DNA from: Thermoanaerobaculia bacterium
GTDB lineage: Bacteria > Acidobacteriota > Thermoanaerobaculia > Multivoradales > Multivoraceae
Direction: 5' to 3'
NCBI GenBank assembly: GCA_963664405.1
Contig: OY761158.1
Coordinates: forward strand, 3,520,001 to 3,584,000
DNA: 64,000 nt
The notes under the pieces are model-generated. The model was not told the origin of the DNA, ran no database searches, and was given only the letters and a program-made list of their open reading frames with translations. The translations under genes were made by a program, and so were the position numbers. Shown here piece after piece: positions 9,218 through 17,836 of this stretch. The stretch's first letter is position 1, and each line of letters begins with the position of its first letter.

Positions 9218-10639
9218 TCAGCCAGCGGCACAGGCCTGGACGACTTCACGCATGGTCTCGAGCCCTTGCCGGAATTTCTGAACCGGAATGCTCTCGTCGG
9301 CGCCATGAATGCCCCGCACCTCATTGCCGTTTAGCACGAAAGGAGAGAATCCATAAGCGGGAATTCCGCGTTCTCGAAAGTAGCGGGAGTCAGTCGTGCC
9401 AGTTATGAACGAGGGCACCAGGGGTGCCTGTACGCCAAGCACCTCCGTGAGAGTTCGATAGGTAGCGGAATCTGTTGGTGAAGGGGACGCTACTGGAGAG
9501 GTCAAAAGTACCTCTATCGAAGGAGAGCGCCCCAATCCTTTCCTGATGATGGCGAGCATTTCTTCGACCGGTGTATCCGGTAGGAGGCGGATGTCCAGAA
9601 GCGCCGAAGCCGCCGCGGGGACGACGTTGATCGTGTTGGTAGGTGTCTCGATCGAAGTGACCTGGAGCGTGTCCTGGAAGAACGCGATCATTCCAGGCAG
9701 GAGCACCTGCCCACTGCGCCCCTCCCTCATCATGCGCTGAAACTCTCTCTCGACTGTCGAGAGATCAGGGCCGCCGAAGACCTCTCTGAAGGCCTCTCCG
9801 TGGAAGTCGGCGAGAGCCCCGAAGTAGTCTCTGGCTGCGACGGTGACACGCGGAGGAGGCAGCTCTTTGAGCACCTTTTCAAGGCCCGCGAGCAGTTGAT
9901 GCACGGCACTCATGGGGTTGAAGGTCGAGCCGTGGCCACCGCGACCTCTTGTCTCCACGCGAAGCCATAGCGGCCGCTTCTGAGCGACTTCGATTCCCCA
10001 CCAGCCCAATCTCTCACCGGAGGCGCGATTACTGCCGCCCTCGTTCAGCACGCTAGTCACACCCTCGAAGAGATCCGCGTGCTCTTCCAATAGCCACTTG
10101 GTGCCGCGGCTTCCACCGGTCTCCTCATCCGCTACCGCCAGGAAAATGACGTCTCGCTTGAGAGTGGTCTGTTGGCGTTTCAGGTCGATCAGCGCGGCCA
10201 GATGACTTACTCCCAGGCTCTTTGAATCGATGGCTCCTCGCCCCCACATTCTTCCTTCGTCGATCTCGGCCGCCCATGGGTTTCGAGTCCAGCCGTCTCC
10301 CGCCGGTACTACATCCATGTGGTGAAGCAGGACGAGGGCCCCCTCGCGAGCCTCTGCGGCCGCAAGACGGGCGTAGAGATTGACTCGCCCCTCAGGGGTG
10401 ACGAGGAGCCTGGTGGAGATCCCCTCCTGGTGGAGGATCCTGGCCAGATATGAAGCCGCGAGGCTTTCGTTTCCTGGCGGGTTCGAGGTGTCGACCTGGA
10501 GATAGCCGCCGAGCCACTCGACCGCCTCGTCCATAGTATGGGGAGGAGCGCCATTTTTGGGAGCGGCGGACAGGGCAGCGCTGGCTAGGAGAAAGGCGAG
10601 GCCGATCGCCGGATGTCGATGTTTAAACGCCGCCAGCAT
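9218..10639 (-). CDS. Exported M20/M25/M40 family metallohydrolase
   Basis: Signal peptide (..ASAALSA) and a full ligand set: HHMDVV, GRGAIDSK, ADEE, NEGG, GGHGS, GTTDSR, GIHGADE. Confidence 0.9.
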   Translation of the reverse strand: MLAAFKHRHPAIGLAFLLASAALSAAPKNGAPPHTMDEAVEWLGGYLQVDTSNPPGNESLAASYLARILHQEGISTRLLVTPEGRVNLYARLAAAEAREGALVLLHHMDVVPAGDGWTRNPWAAEIDEGRMWGRGAIDSKSLGVSHLAALIDLKRQQTTLKRDVIFLAVADEETGGSRGTKWLLEEHADLFEGVTSVLNEGGSNRASGERLGWWGIEVAQKRPLWLRVETRGRGGHGSTFNPMSAVHQLLAGLEKVLKELPPPRVTVAARDYFGALADFHGEAFREVFGGPDLSTVEREFQRMMREGRSGQVLLPGMIAFFQDTLQVTSIETPTNTINVVPAAASALLDIRLLPDTPVEEMLAIIRKGLGRSPSIEVLLTSPVASPSPTDSATYRTLTEVLGVQAPLVPSFITGTTDSRYFRERGIPAYGFSPFVLNGNEVRGIHGADESIPVQKFRQGLETMREVVQACAAG

Positions 10640-10653
10640 CGCGGAATCCTAGC

Positions 10654-10686
10654 AAAAAGAAAGGCGCCGCCCGAAGGCGGCGCCTT
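10654..10686 (-). terminator. Rho-independent terminator downstream of the pilin gene
   Basis: Perfect 11-bp stem AAGGCGCCGCC with a UUCG loop on the minus strand, followed by TCTTTTT. Confidence 0.85.
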
Positions 10687-10724
10687 GGCTGCTTGGGCAT
10701 ATGCCCAGCAAGCTCGGGGTAGCT

Positions 10725-11312
10725 TTATTGGGTGGTGGCGTTCACGCCGCCAGGAGCGCGCACGAAGTAGCCATCCGTCCAGACGATGTCCTGATCGTAA
10801 TCGGTGCCGATGAAGACGCCAGGCGTGTAGTCACCACCAGCGCTCTCGTCTCCGTCTCGCCCCAAGCTACGAATGCCGATTGCGCGGGGGGAGGTGAGCA
10901 AGGTTGTGTAGGGACCGGCGGCAGCAAAGCTGGCGCGGAAATCGAACCCTCGGCCCCAACCGTCGTTCGTGGGCAGGTCTTGCAGGTAGAAGAAACGCTC
11001 GTCATTGGGCTGCTCGAGAAGAGCAACGAGACCAGCATGCGGGATGTCGTTGGCAAGATCAGTTGCCCAGGTCATACTCTGGGCGACGGCGCCGGCAGAT
11101 CCCGCTGACATCTGGTCTGTGACCCAAGACATCCAAGCAGTACCGATGTTACGAATGTCTCCAACAGTAGCCTTCTGTTTGGCCTTCTGGAGAGCGTCGA
11201 GCAGATTCGGAATCAAGATCGCCGCGATGATACCGATGATGGCCACGACGATGAGGAGCTCGATGAGGGTGAAACCTCTCTGGCCCCTACGTTTTGCGAG
11301 TCTCATTAGCAT
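10725..11312 (-). CDS. Type IV pilin / GspG-like major (pseudo)pilin
   Basis: Class III signal peptide KRRGQRG|FTLIELLIVVAIIGIIAAILIPN with E5. GspG-like DGWG and IRSLGRDG motifs. AGGAGG lies 8 nt upstream of the ATG at 11312. Confidence 0.9.
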   Translation of the reverse strand: MLMRLAKRRGQRGFTLIELLIVVAIIGIIAAILIPNLLDALQKAKQKATVGDIRNIGTAWMSWVTDQMSAGSAGAVAQSMTWATDLANDIPHAGLVALLEQPNDERFFYLQDLPTNDGWGRGFDFRASFAAAGPYTTLLTSPRAIGIRSLGRDGDESAGGDYTPGVFIGTDYDQDIVWTDGYFVRAPGGVNATTQ

Positions 11313-11368
11313 TAACAATTCCTCCTAACCCTTCCACGGCCTATTCCGTGATGTTTGAGCTGGGTTAA

Positions 11369-11385
11369 AGCAGGAAGCGTGCCAA
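11369..11385 (-). promoter_or_regulatory. Sigma-54 (-24/-12) promoter of the pilin gene
   Basis: Minus strand reads TTGGCACGCTTCCTGCT, matching TGGCACG-N4-TTGC(A/T) with correct GG-N10-GC spacing, about 57 nt upstream of the start. Confidence 0.8.
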
Positions 11386-11424
11386 CGCGGAAGTCATAGA
11401 GAACAAGGGCCGCCGGCGGGAGCG

Positions 11425-11439
11425 TGACAAAAAGCGGCA
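11425..11439. promoter_or_regulatory. Candidate enhancer site for a sigma-54 activator
   Basis: Imperfect palindrome TGACA-AAAAG-CGGCA about 40 bp upstream of the -24 box. Confidence 0.35.
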
Positions 11440-11458
11440 GGGACACAGACGCAGATCG

Positions 11459-12892
11459 TCAACCCGCTTCGGTGGCCAGTCTGCGTAATAGCTCGACGTA
11501 GAGTCTGACGCCGTCCAAGAACCCTGGCAGGGCGATGCCTTCGTTCGGGCCGCCGATGCCGATCGTGTCGGTGGTCAGGACGAGGAAAGGACTGAATCCG
11601 TAGGCAGGGATCCCCGACGCCCGGAAGATGCGGGCATCGCTAGCACTTCGCATCTGGTAATAGGGTCCGTTGGGAACTGGACCGTAGGTGTCGACAAGTG
11701 TGTCGGTGATGGCGTTGAAGATTGGATGTTCGGTGCTGCTTAGGTGATCCGCTCCTTGCCACGGTCGAATGTCGAGATCGACGCCGTGAGTTGCCCACTT
11801 CGGGAGGAGCTCCGCCACCACGGAGTCCAGGTCGGCTCCGGGAAGAAGGGCCAGATTCATCTTCATCTCGAAGCCACCGCCGGCGGAGGGCTCGACAGAG
11901 AAGACCGATATCTCATCCCTGAATAGAGACCTTTGGTAGGGGGCAACGCGAGAAAAGCGCTCCAGATCGCGGGTCAGCCGATTTGGTTCAGCCAACAGCT
12001 CCCGGTGCTCGCTCGCGTCGCGACTCGGTGAGTAGGCAGCGAGAAAGCTTGCAACCTGAGGAGTGACCTCTAGGTTCCCGAGCAAGGGCTGTTGAGTCGC
12101 GAGATCGTAGCGAAGGTCGAGCAGTCGGATCTCGCTGGCGCTGCACGCGATCACTGTTACGTACTTCTTTTGGCCGGTCTCGGTTCCCCAGTATTTGATG
12201 TCGCTCGGCCCTCGTGCCTCGACAACGCCTCCTTCGGTCAGGACGCCCCATGCGCGATCCGCCAGTCCGGGTCGGTTTTGAAGCAGCCATGGCGTTCCCA
12301 GGAAGCTACCTTCTTCTTCGCCGCTGGTGGCCATGAGAATGACCGATCGCCGCAATGGGGTCCCGGAGCGCTTCAGTTCGAGAAAGGCCATGAGCTGGGC
12401 GATCGCGACGCTCTTCATGTCGAAGGCGCCTCGCCCGTAGATCCATGGCGGCTCGATACGGCCGCTAAAGGGCTCGAAAACCCACTTCTCGGGTTCATCG
12501 ATCGGCTCTACATCGATGTGGCTGTGAAGGATCAGAGCCTCTTTGCTTTCTCCCTCGAGGATCGCGATCAGATTCGCTTCGCGACTCGACATCTTGACGA
12601 TTTCGCTCTCGATACCATCTCCTGCTAAGACCGCGGCAAGGTACTCAGCCCCGGCTACCTCGCTGCCGGTTGCTTTTGTAGTGTCGATTTGCAGGTATTC
12701 CTGCAGGAGCCTCACTTCCTCCAAGTCGAGGTAAGCCTGCGGCCGCCAGCCGAGTTCGACTGCTGCTTGAAGTCCGGGGTGGCGAATCGCGATCGTGATC
12801 AAGGCGATCAGAAGCGAAACGACCAGTAGGCTGGCGTAGAGAGAGGCGCGGGCCGAGTTCCTTCGAGCTCTATAGAAGCGGTTCCCAGCCAT
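11459..12892 (-). CDS. Membrane-anchored M20 family hydrolase-like protein, degenerate (C-terminal His ligand replaced)
   Basis: N-terminal TM helix. HSHIDVEP, GRGAFDMK, GEEE, TEGG and ASDAR are retained, but GIGGPNE replaces GIHGxDE. Start is 12892 or 12913. Confidence 0.8.
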   Translation of the reverse strand: MAGNRFYRARRNSARASLYASLLVVSLLIALITIAIRHPGLQAAVELGWRPQAYLDLEEVRLLQEYLQIDTTKATGSEVAGAEYLAAVLAGDGIESEIVKMSSREANLIAILEGESKEALILHSHIDVEPIDEPEKWVFEPFSGRIEPPWIYGRGAFDMKSVAIAQLMAFLELKRSGTPLRRSVILMATSGEEEGSFLGTPWLLQNRPGLADRAWGVLTEGGVVEARGPSDIKYWGTETGQKKYVTVIACSASEIRLLDLRYDLATQQPLLGNLEVTPQVASFLAAYSPSRDASEHRELLAEPNRLTRDLERFSRVAPYQRSLFRDEISVFSVEPSAGGGFEMKMNLALLPGADLDSVVAELLPKWATHGVDLDIRPWQGADHLSSTEHPIFNAITDTLVDTYGPVPNGPYYQMRSASDARIFRASGIPAYGFSPFLVLTTDTIGIGGPNEGIALPGFLDGVRLYVELLRRLATEAG

Positions 12893-12998
12893 CAGGATGC
12901 GGAATCGTAGCATCGCGGCAGTTGCCCTGCCCTGTGTTACGGTTTCGCTGGAGAGAGCTTGACCCTGGAGACCTCACCCCGAAAGGACATTCGCTCTG

Positions 12999-14567
12999 AT
13001 GAAGGGTTCCAGCCGCAGTCGCCTTCTTGTTCTTTTCCTCGCAGGGCTTGTGTGTTGCGGTCTCTACGTAGCTCGCGAGCGGTCGCTCTCGCCGACAGGA
13101 ATGGGCCTTCCCCTCGACGACAGTTGGATTCACCTCCAGTACGCGCGCAATCTGGCGGAGGGGAATGGGCTCTCGTTTCGCCAAGGCCGCCTCATGCCGG
13201 GATCGACCGCTCCGCTGTGGACGGCTCTGGTCTCGATCGCATTCCTGCTTCCCGGCCCAGTACTGCTGTGGATCAAGGCGATGGGAATCGGGTTCTATCT
13301 GGCCGGCGCCGACGCTACGATTCGACTGAGTCGAGAGTTGGGGGTCGGGTCGTGGCTAGCGGCCCTCGCCGGCTTGCTGTTCCTCCTCACCGACGCCATG
13401 GTTTGGTCCGCTCTCTCCGGCATGGAGATCGGTCTCTTTGTTCTTCTGGCGCTGTGGGGCACGATTCTGCATCTACGGGAGAGGCAGTCAGGCTCAGTCG
13501 CTCCGCTGTCCTTGATCCTCTTAGCCGTTTCGTCGCTAGCTAGGCCAGAAGGACTGCTACTCGTCGGGCTGGCGGTCGTGGATAGATGGATTCTTCGATC
13601 ACCGGGGGGCGAGGCGAAGAAGGTGACGAGGCCCGTACTTGTTGCGCTTCTCTGCGCCGCTGCAGTGATCCTCGCCAGCCAGATCTTTAGTTGGATCGCC
13701 ACCGGCTCCCCTTTCCCCACCACCTATTCGGTCAAGACCAGCGGGCTGCAGAGCTTCCTGCCGTCAGTCAGGTTTCTCTACGATGCGTTGGGCATCCTCT
13801 TCCGACCGCACCCCCTACCTGTTCTCTTGGTGGCCGCCGGTGCTCTCGTTCTTGTCGAGCGCTTGGGCAGTCGCCGCGACCGCGGTCTGTTACCTGCTCT
13901 TTGGGTCGGCGGCCTTCCACTTGCCTACTCTCTTCTCGATTCACCCGAGCATCCGATGACCATGGGTAACTTCGGACGTTACTACTTTCCGCTTCTCCCC
14001 TTTGTGATTGTTTTGGGAGCTCTCGCTCTGGATGCGGCGTGGCGGCGCGGCGAGGCAAGCCCATGGCACCTTCGAGCCGCCGCCATCACCGTCGTTCTTG
14101 CCGCTCTTCTCGGTCCGACGATCACAGATCTGTGGCGGGGAGCGAATCGCTACGCACTCAACGTGCGCAACGTGAACCAAAGTGACGTCGCCATGGCGTT
14201 GTGGATGCAGACCCACGTACCTCCGACTGCGCTGGTGGCGGCGCAGGACATCGGCGCGGTCGGCTTTCTGACCCCAAATCCTCTCGTCGACATGACCGGG
14301 ATCACAAATCCCGAGATCCTGCCCTACATCAAAGGCCCTGGCGCGGCCGGGTCTTCAGGAGGACTGGCGGGGCTGGTCCGCTTTCTCGAGCTCCAGCGGC
14401 CCGAATACCTGATGTTCTTTTCTCGGTCGTACCCCGGTTTGCTCGATCTCTTACAGGGTGGGATCGTGCATCGCCTCGCTGTCGAGACGAATATCACCAT
14501 GGCTGGAAGCGATCTCCTACTGGTGAAAGCGACTTGGGCCGAATCCGCCCCTGCTCAGCTGAGATAG
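12999..14567 (+). CDS. Polytopic GT-C fold glycosyltransferase-like membrane protein
   Basis: First loop carries DDSWIHLQYARNLAEGNG, plus STAPLW, SGME, LARPEG, about 10 TM helices and C-terminal DIGAVGF..LVDMTGITNP. Confidence 0.7.
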   Translation: MKGSSRSRLLVLFLAGLVCCGLYVARERSLSPTGMGLPLDDSWIHLQYARNLAEGNGLSFRQGRLMPGSTAPLWTALVSIAFLLPGPVLLWIKAMGIGFYLAGADATIRLSRELGVGSWLAALAGLLFLLTDAMVWSALSGMEIGLFVLLALWGTILHLRERQSGSVAPLSLILLAVSSLARPEGLLLVGLAVVDRWILRSPGGEAKKVTRPVLVALLCAAAVILASQIFSWIATGSPFPTTYSVKTSGLQSFLPSVRFLYDALGILFRPHPLPVLLVAAGALVLVERLGSRRDRGLLPALWVGGLPLAYSLLDSPEHPMTMGNFGRYYFPLLPFVIVLGALALDAAWRRGEASPWHLRAAAITVVLAALLGPTITDLWRGANRYALNVRNVNQSDVAMALWMQTHVPPTALVAAQDIGAVGFLTPNPLVDMTGITNPEILPYIKGPGAAGSSGGLAGLVRFLELQRPEYLMFFSRSYPGLLDLLQGGIVHRLAVETNITMAGSDLLLVKATWAESAPAQLR

Positions 14568-15427
14568 ATGACGGCGATAACCGAGATGCCCCACAACAAC
14601 GAATTGAGCAGCGAGGGAGGATCGTAGAGAATCGTCTCGGTAGGATTGCGCTCGTCGTCGACCTGATACACGAGGTACAGGTATCGAAAGATCCCGAAGA
14701 GAGCGAAGGGCAGCGTATAGATGAGGGCTTTGGTTTGGAACTTGTCCACCGTCTCCGGTGCCAGAGTGTAGAGGGCATAAGTGAGAATCGTCGACGCGGT
14801 GACGACGTTGATCATCTGGTCGAGGAAAGTAGGACTGTAGTGGATCAGCACCTGTCGTTGGTCGGCAGCGTCTTCGGTCAGGAGAAGTAGCTCGTGCCTA
14901 CGCTTGGAGAAGGCCAGAAAGAGGGCAACGAAGGTCGTGCAGAGTAACAGCCAGGCAGAGACTTCGACATCGATGGCGGCGCCGCCCGCCTCGACGCGCA
15001 GGACGTATCCGAATGCCAAGACCATGACGTCGACAATGACCACGTTCTTGAGGCCGAAGGAGTAAGCCACATTCAGCCCCAGATAGACCAACAAGATGAG
15101 CGTAAAGCTCAATCCGAGCGCTGCTGCCCCGGCAAGCCCGGCGGTGGTGAGTACGACCGCTGCGGCGATGCCTGCGGCCGGGCTCAGTTGGCCGGAGGCC
15201 AACGGCCGGAGGCGCTTTCTTGGGTGAAGGCGATCTCGTTCACGATCGCGCAGATCGTTGAGCAGGTAAACAGCGCTCGCGGCGGCGCTAAAAACGACGA
15301 AAGAGGCGAGGGCGCGAGCTACGAGCCCGGGCTGGGAGAGACCCTCTGCGAAGACGAGAGGGGCGAGAACGAAAACGTTCTTGACCCACTGGGTGGGCCG
15401 CATGGAGATCAGGAGAGGGCGGATCAC
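14555..15427 (-). CDS. Decaprenyl-phosphate phosphoribosyltransferase (UbiA family, Rv3806c-like)
   Basis: MRPTQWVKN, YLLNDLRDRERDRLHPRKRLRPLASG, YSFGLKN..DV, LRVEAG, KRRHEL, GIFRYLYL and NPTETI. Confidence 0.88.
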   Translation of the reverse strand: MIRPLLISMRPTQWVKNVFVLAPLVFAEGLSQPGLVARALASFVVFSAAASAVYLLNDLRDRERDRLHPRKRLRPLASGQLSPAAGIAAAVVLTTAGLAGAAALGLSFTLILLVYLGLNVAYSFGLKNVVIVDVMVLAFGYVLRVEAGGAAIDVEVSAWLLLCTTFVALFLAFSKRRHELLLLTEDAADQRQVLIHYSPTFLDQMINVVTASTILTYALYTLAPETVDKFQTKALIYTLPFALFGIFRYLYLVYQVDDERNPTETILYDPPSLLNSLLWGISVIAVIYLS

Positions 15428-15462
15428 GCCGCCTATTATCCATCAGGCGGCTTCTTCACCCG

Positions 15463-17823
15463 ATGAAGCGACTCCCGTTTCTCTACGTCCTTCCCACGCT
15501 GGCGCTGCTGATCGGCGCCCTGGGGCCGGTGATCGTCGGCAGCAAGACCCTTTATCTTCGTGACTTCCTGAACTATCACCTGACGGTGAAGCAGGGCCAG
15601 GCCAAAGCCATGGTCGAGGGGTACCTGCCGCTGGTCGACTCGCAGCGTGCGGGCGGGCAGGCTGTGGTCGGCAACCTCAATAACGTTGCGCTCTACCCGG
15701 ACAATCTTCTTTATCTGTTCGCCTCGCCGCTGTGGGCGCTCAATGCTCATATGTGGCTCCACCTGCTTCTCGCCCCCTTCGCGCTCTACTGGCTTGCCCG
15801 CGAGTGGGGGCTTGGCAATCGTGCGGCTTGGGTCGCCGGATGTCTCTACGCGGTCTCCGGCTACTTCTTGTCGCAGATGAACTTGTACAACCTGATGGCC
15901 GGCACGGCCCTAGCGCCGGCTCTGGTGGCAGCCAGCCTAAACACCTTCAGGAGTGCTCGCCCCGCCCGCGGCGTGGTGGCAGTGGGAGCTCTGTGGTCGC
16001 TCCTCGTGCTCGGCGGAGAGCCCACTCTGGGCATGTTCGCGCTCTTGCTCGCGGTGAGCGCGTGCGTTTTCCGGGGCGGTGGAAGCCGGCGAAAGTGGGT
16101 CCTTCTCGGCGCTGCCATTGCTTGCGGGAGCTTGTTGGCTCTGCCTCAATTGGTCGAGACGCTGCGCATCCTCCCCGGCTCCTACCGAGGGGCGCGAGGC
16201 TATTCGCCGGAGACTCGTCTGATCCGCAGCTGGGACCCTCGATACTTGATCGAGTGGATCGTTCCCCTCTTCTATGGGCCGCCGGACTTTCGCTACTGGG
16301 GAAACCGAGTTCTCGGCCTCTCTACGCCCCTCTACTATTCTCTGTACCCGGGCGTCCTGAGCCTCGCGCTCGTTTTCTCAGCCCGTCGCCCTCACACCCG
16401 ATTCGAAAAGTGGGCGTGGGCCACCACGGCTGTTGGCTTTCTATTGGCCCTCGGGGGGTGGAACCCGATCCTGTTCTTTGTTTACCAGCTACCTGTGCTG
16501 AGCGCGCTCCGCTTTCCGATCAAGGCGTGGATCCTGCTGGCCATTGGCGCTTCACTGCTCGGCGGTGTTAGCTATGAGCGCTGCGTCCTCGGCGCGGAGT
16601 CTCGGCGCTTGGCGACCCGTCTCGCGGTACTTGCAGTGATCGTGTTCTCGGTCTGGATCGGGCTCATTCTGCAAGCCGATGAGGCGGCCCTTACCCTCAC
16701 CGAGCTCAGCGGCAGGCCCACCGGTTTCGGAGAGGCCGAGGTTGAGCGCTGGAGCAGCTCATTGTTAGCTTCTCTCGGCCTGCTCGGCGGCTATTTGGTG
16801 TTGCTGGCCTTGCGTCGGCGAATGCCAAGGCTGGCTTCGCCGGCTATCCTTTGGCTCCATGTGGTGAGCCAGCTCTGGTTGCTTCAGCCGCTGATCTCTA
16901 CCGATTCCACCACTGCCTACAGGGATCCGCCGCCGGCGCTCGACTACGTAAGGCTCGACGAGCGTGTGGCCCAAGGCTGCAGCTTCAAATTTGCCTGCGA
17001 TCTCGGCGGTCCGCAGGACTATTCCGACCCTCGTATGCTGTGGGTCGAGAGGCGAGCTTTCACAGAATTGTTCCCCTTTTCCGGAGTGCGCTGGGGCTTG
17101 TCCTACTCCTTTGACTCCTCGCCCGATGGCCTTGATTCGATGTGGGTACATGCCGGGAACAAGGCCTTTCGCCATCTCGACGATGCGAGCGCGGTTCGTC
17201 TGCTGGCGGTCTCCGGTGTCGATGTTCTGCTGGTAAACCGCGAGCTTGGAGAGGAAGCACTTCGAGCCGTTCGCTTGCGCACCCACTTGACGACGGCCGG
17301 CAGCGGAGTGTGGATCTACGAGATCCTCGACGCTGCGGAGGAGGCTCAGTTGGTAGGCCGGGTTCGCTCAGGTCAGATGCGGCTCGACGAGCTGAGCGGC
17401 GAGGGTGTCGATCCACGCAACGAGGTCTTTCTGCCCGGCCGAGCCCCCAGTTCGAGAGATGGCCGCCGAGGCGCTGTTAAAAGTCTAGCGGCGGGCCGCG
17501 AGGAGTGGATCTTCGAGACTCAGGGGGAGACAGAAGGGGTCCTCGTTCTCACTCGCGCGTTCCTCACTCTCTATCGAGCCAGTGTCGATGGAGAGCCGGT
17601 GACTCCGATCGTGGCCAATATGGGGCAGCTAGCGATCGAAGTTCCCGCAGGCCAGCATCGTGTCCGCCTCTGGGTGGATCGAGAACCCTTCTTATGGTCC
17701 TTCGTGGGGGTCTTCGTCGGTATGCTCGGTCTGGTTGGTCTTGCCGTCATTTGTCGGCGCGCCTCAGCCTCCGCTTTACAGCATGCGGGCCCTGGTGGAG
17801 AATCGCCGCTGAATCTGGAATGA
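15463..17823 (+). CDS. YfhO-like GT-C membrane glycosyltransferase
   Basis: RDFLNYH, LPL...GGQAVVGNLNNVALYP, many TM helices, ALRFP, and a YfhO-type C-terminus (ASVDGEP...LAIEVPAGQHRVRL). Confidence 0.75.
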   Translation: MKRLPFLYVLPTLALLIGALGPVIVGSKTLYLRDFLNYHLTVKQGQAKAMVEGYLPLVDSQRAGGQAVVGNLNNVALYPDNLLYLFASPLWALNAHMWLHLLLAPFALYWLAREWGLGNRAAWVAGCLYAVSGYFLSQMNLYNLMAGTALAPALVAASLNTFRSARPARGVVAVGALWSLLVLGGEPTLGMFALLLAVSACVFRGGGSRRKWVLLGAAIACGSLLALPQLVETLRILPGSYRGARGYSPETRLIRSWDPRYLIEWIVPLFYGPPDFRYWGNRVLGLSTPLYYSLYPGVLSLALVFSARRPHTRFEKWAWATTAVGFLLALGGWNPILFFVYQLPVLSALRFPIKAWILLAIGASLLGGVSYERCVLGAESRRLATRLAVLAVIVFSVWIGLILQADEAALTLTELSGRPTGFGEAEVERWSSSLLASLGLLGGYLVLLALRRRMPRLASPAILWLHVVSQLWLLQPLISTDSTTAYRDPPPALDYVRLDERVAQGCSFKFACDLGGPQDYSDPRMLWVERRAFTELFPFSGVRWGLSYSFDSSPDGLDSMWVHAGNKAFRHLDDASAVRLLAVSGVDVLLVNRELGEEALRAVRLRTHLTTAGSGVWIYEILDAAEEAQLVGRVRSGQMRLDELSGEGVDPRNEVFLPGRAPSSRDGRRGAVKSLAAGREEWIFETQGETEGVLVLTRAFLTLYRASVDGEPVTPIVANMGQLAIEVPAGQHRVRLWVDREPFLWSFVGVFVGMLGLVGLAVICRRASASALQHAGPGGESPLNLE

Positions 17824-17836
17824 GGAGGAGTATGGT

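Noticed and set aside
10725-11312. Pilin as a conductive e-pilin
   Set aside because: The mature N-terminal helix has no aromatic residues at positions 24 or 27 and a long aromatic-free gap after F1.
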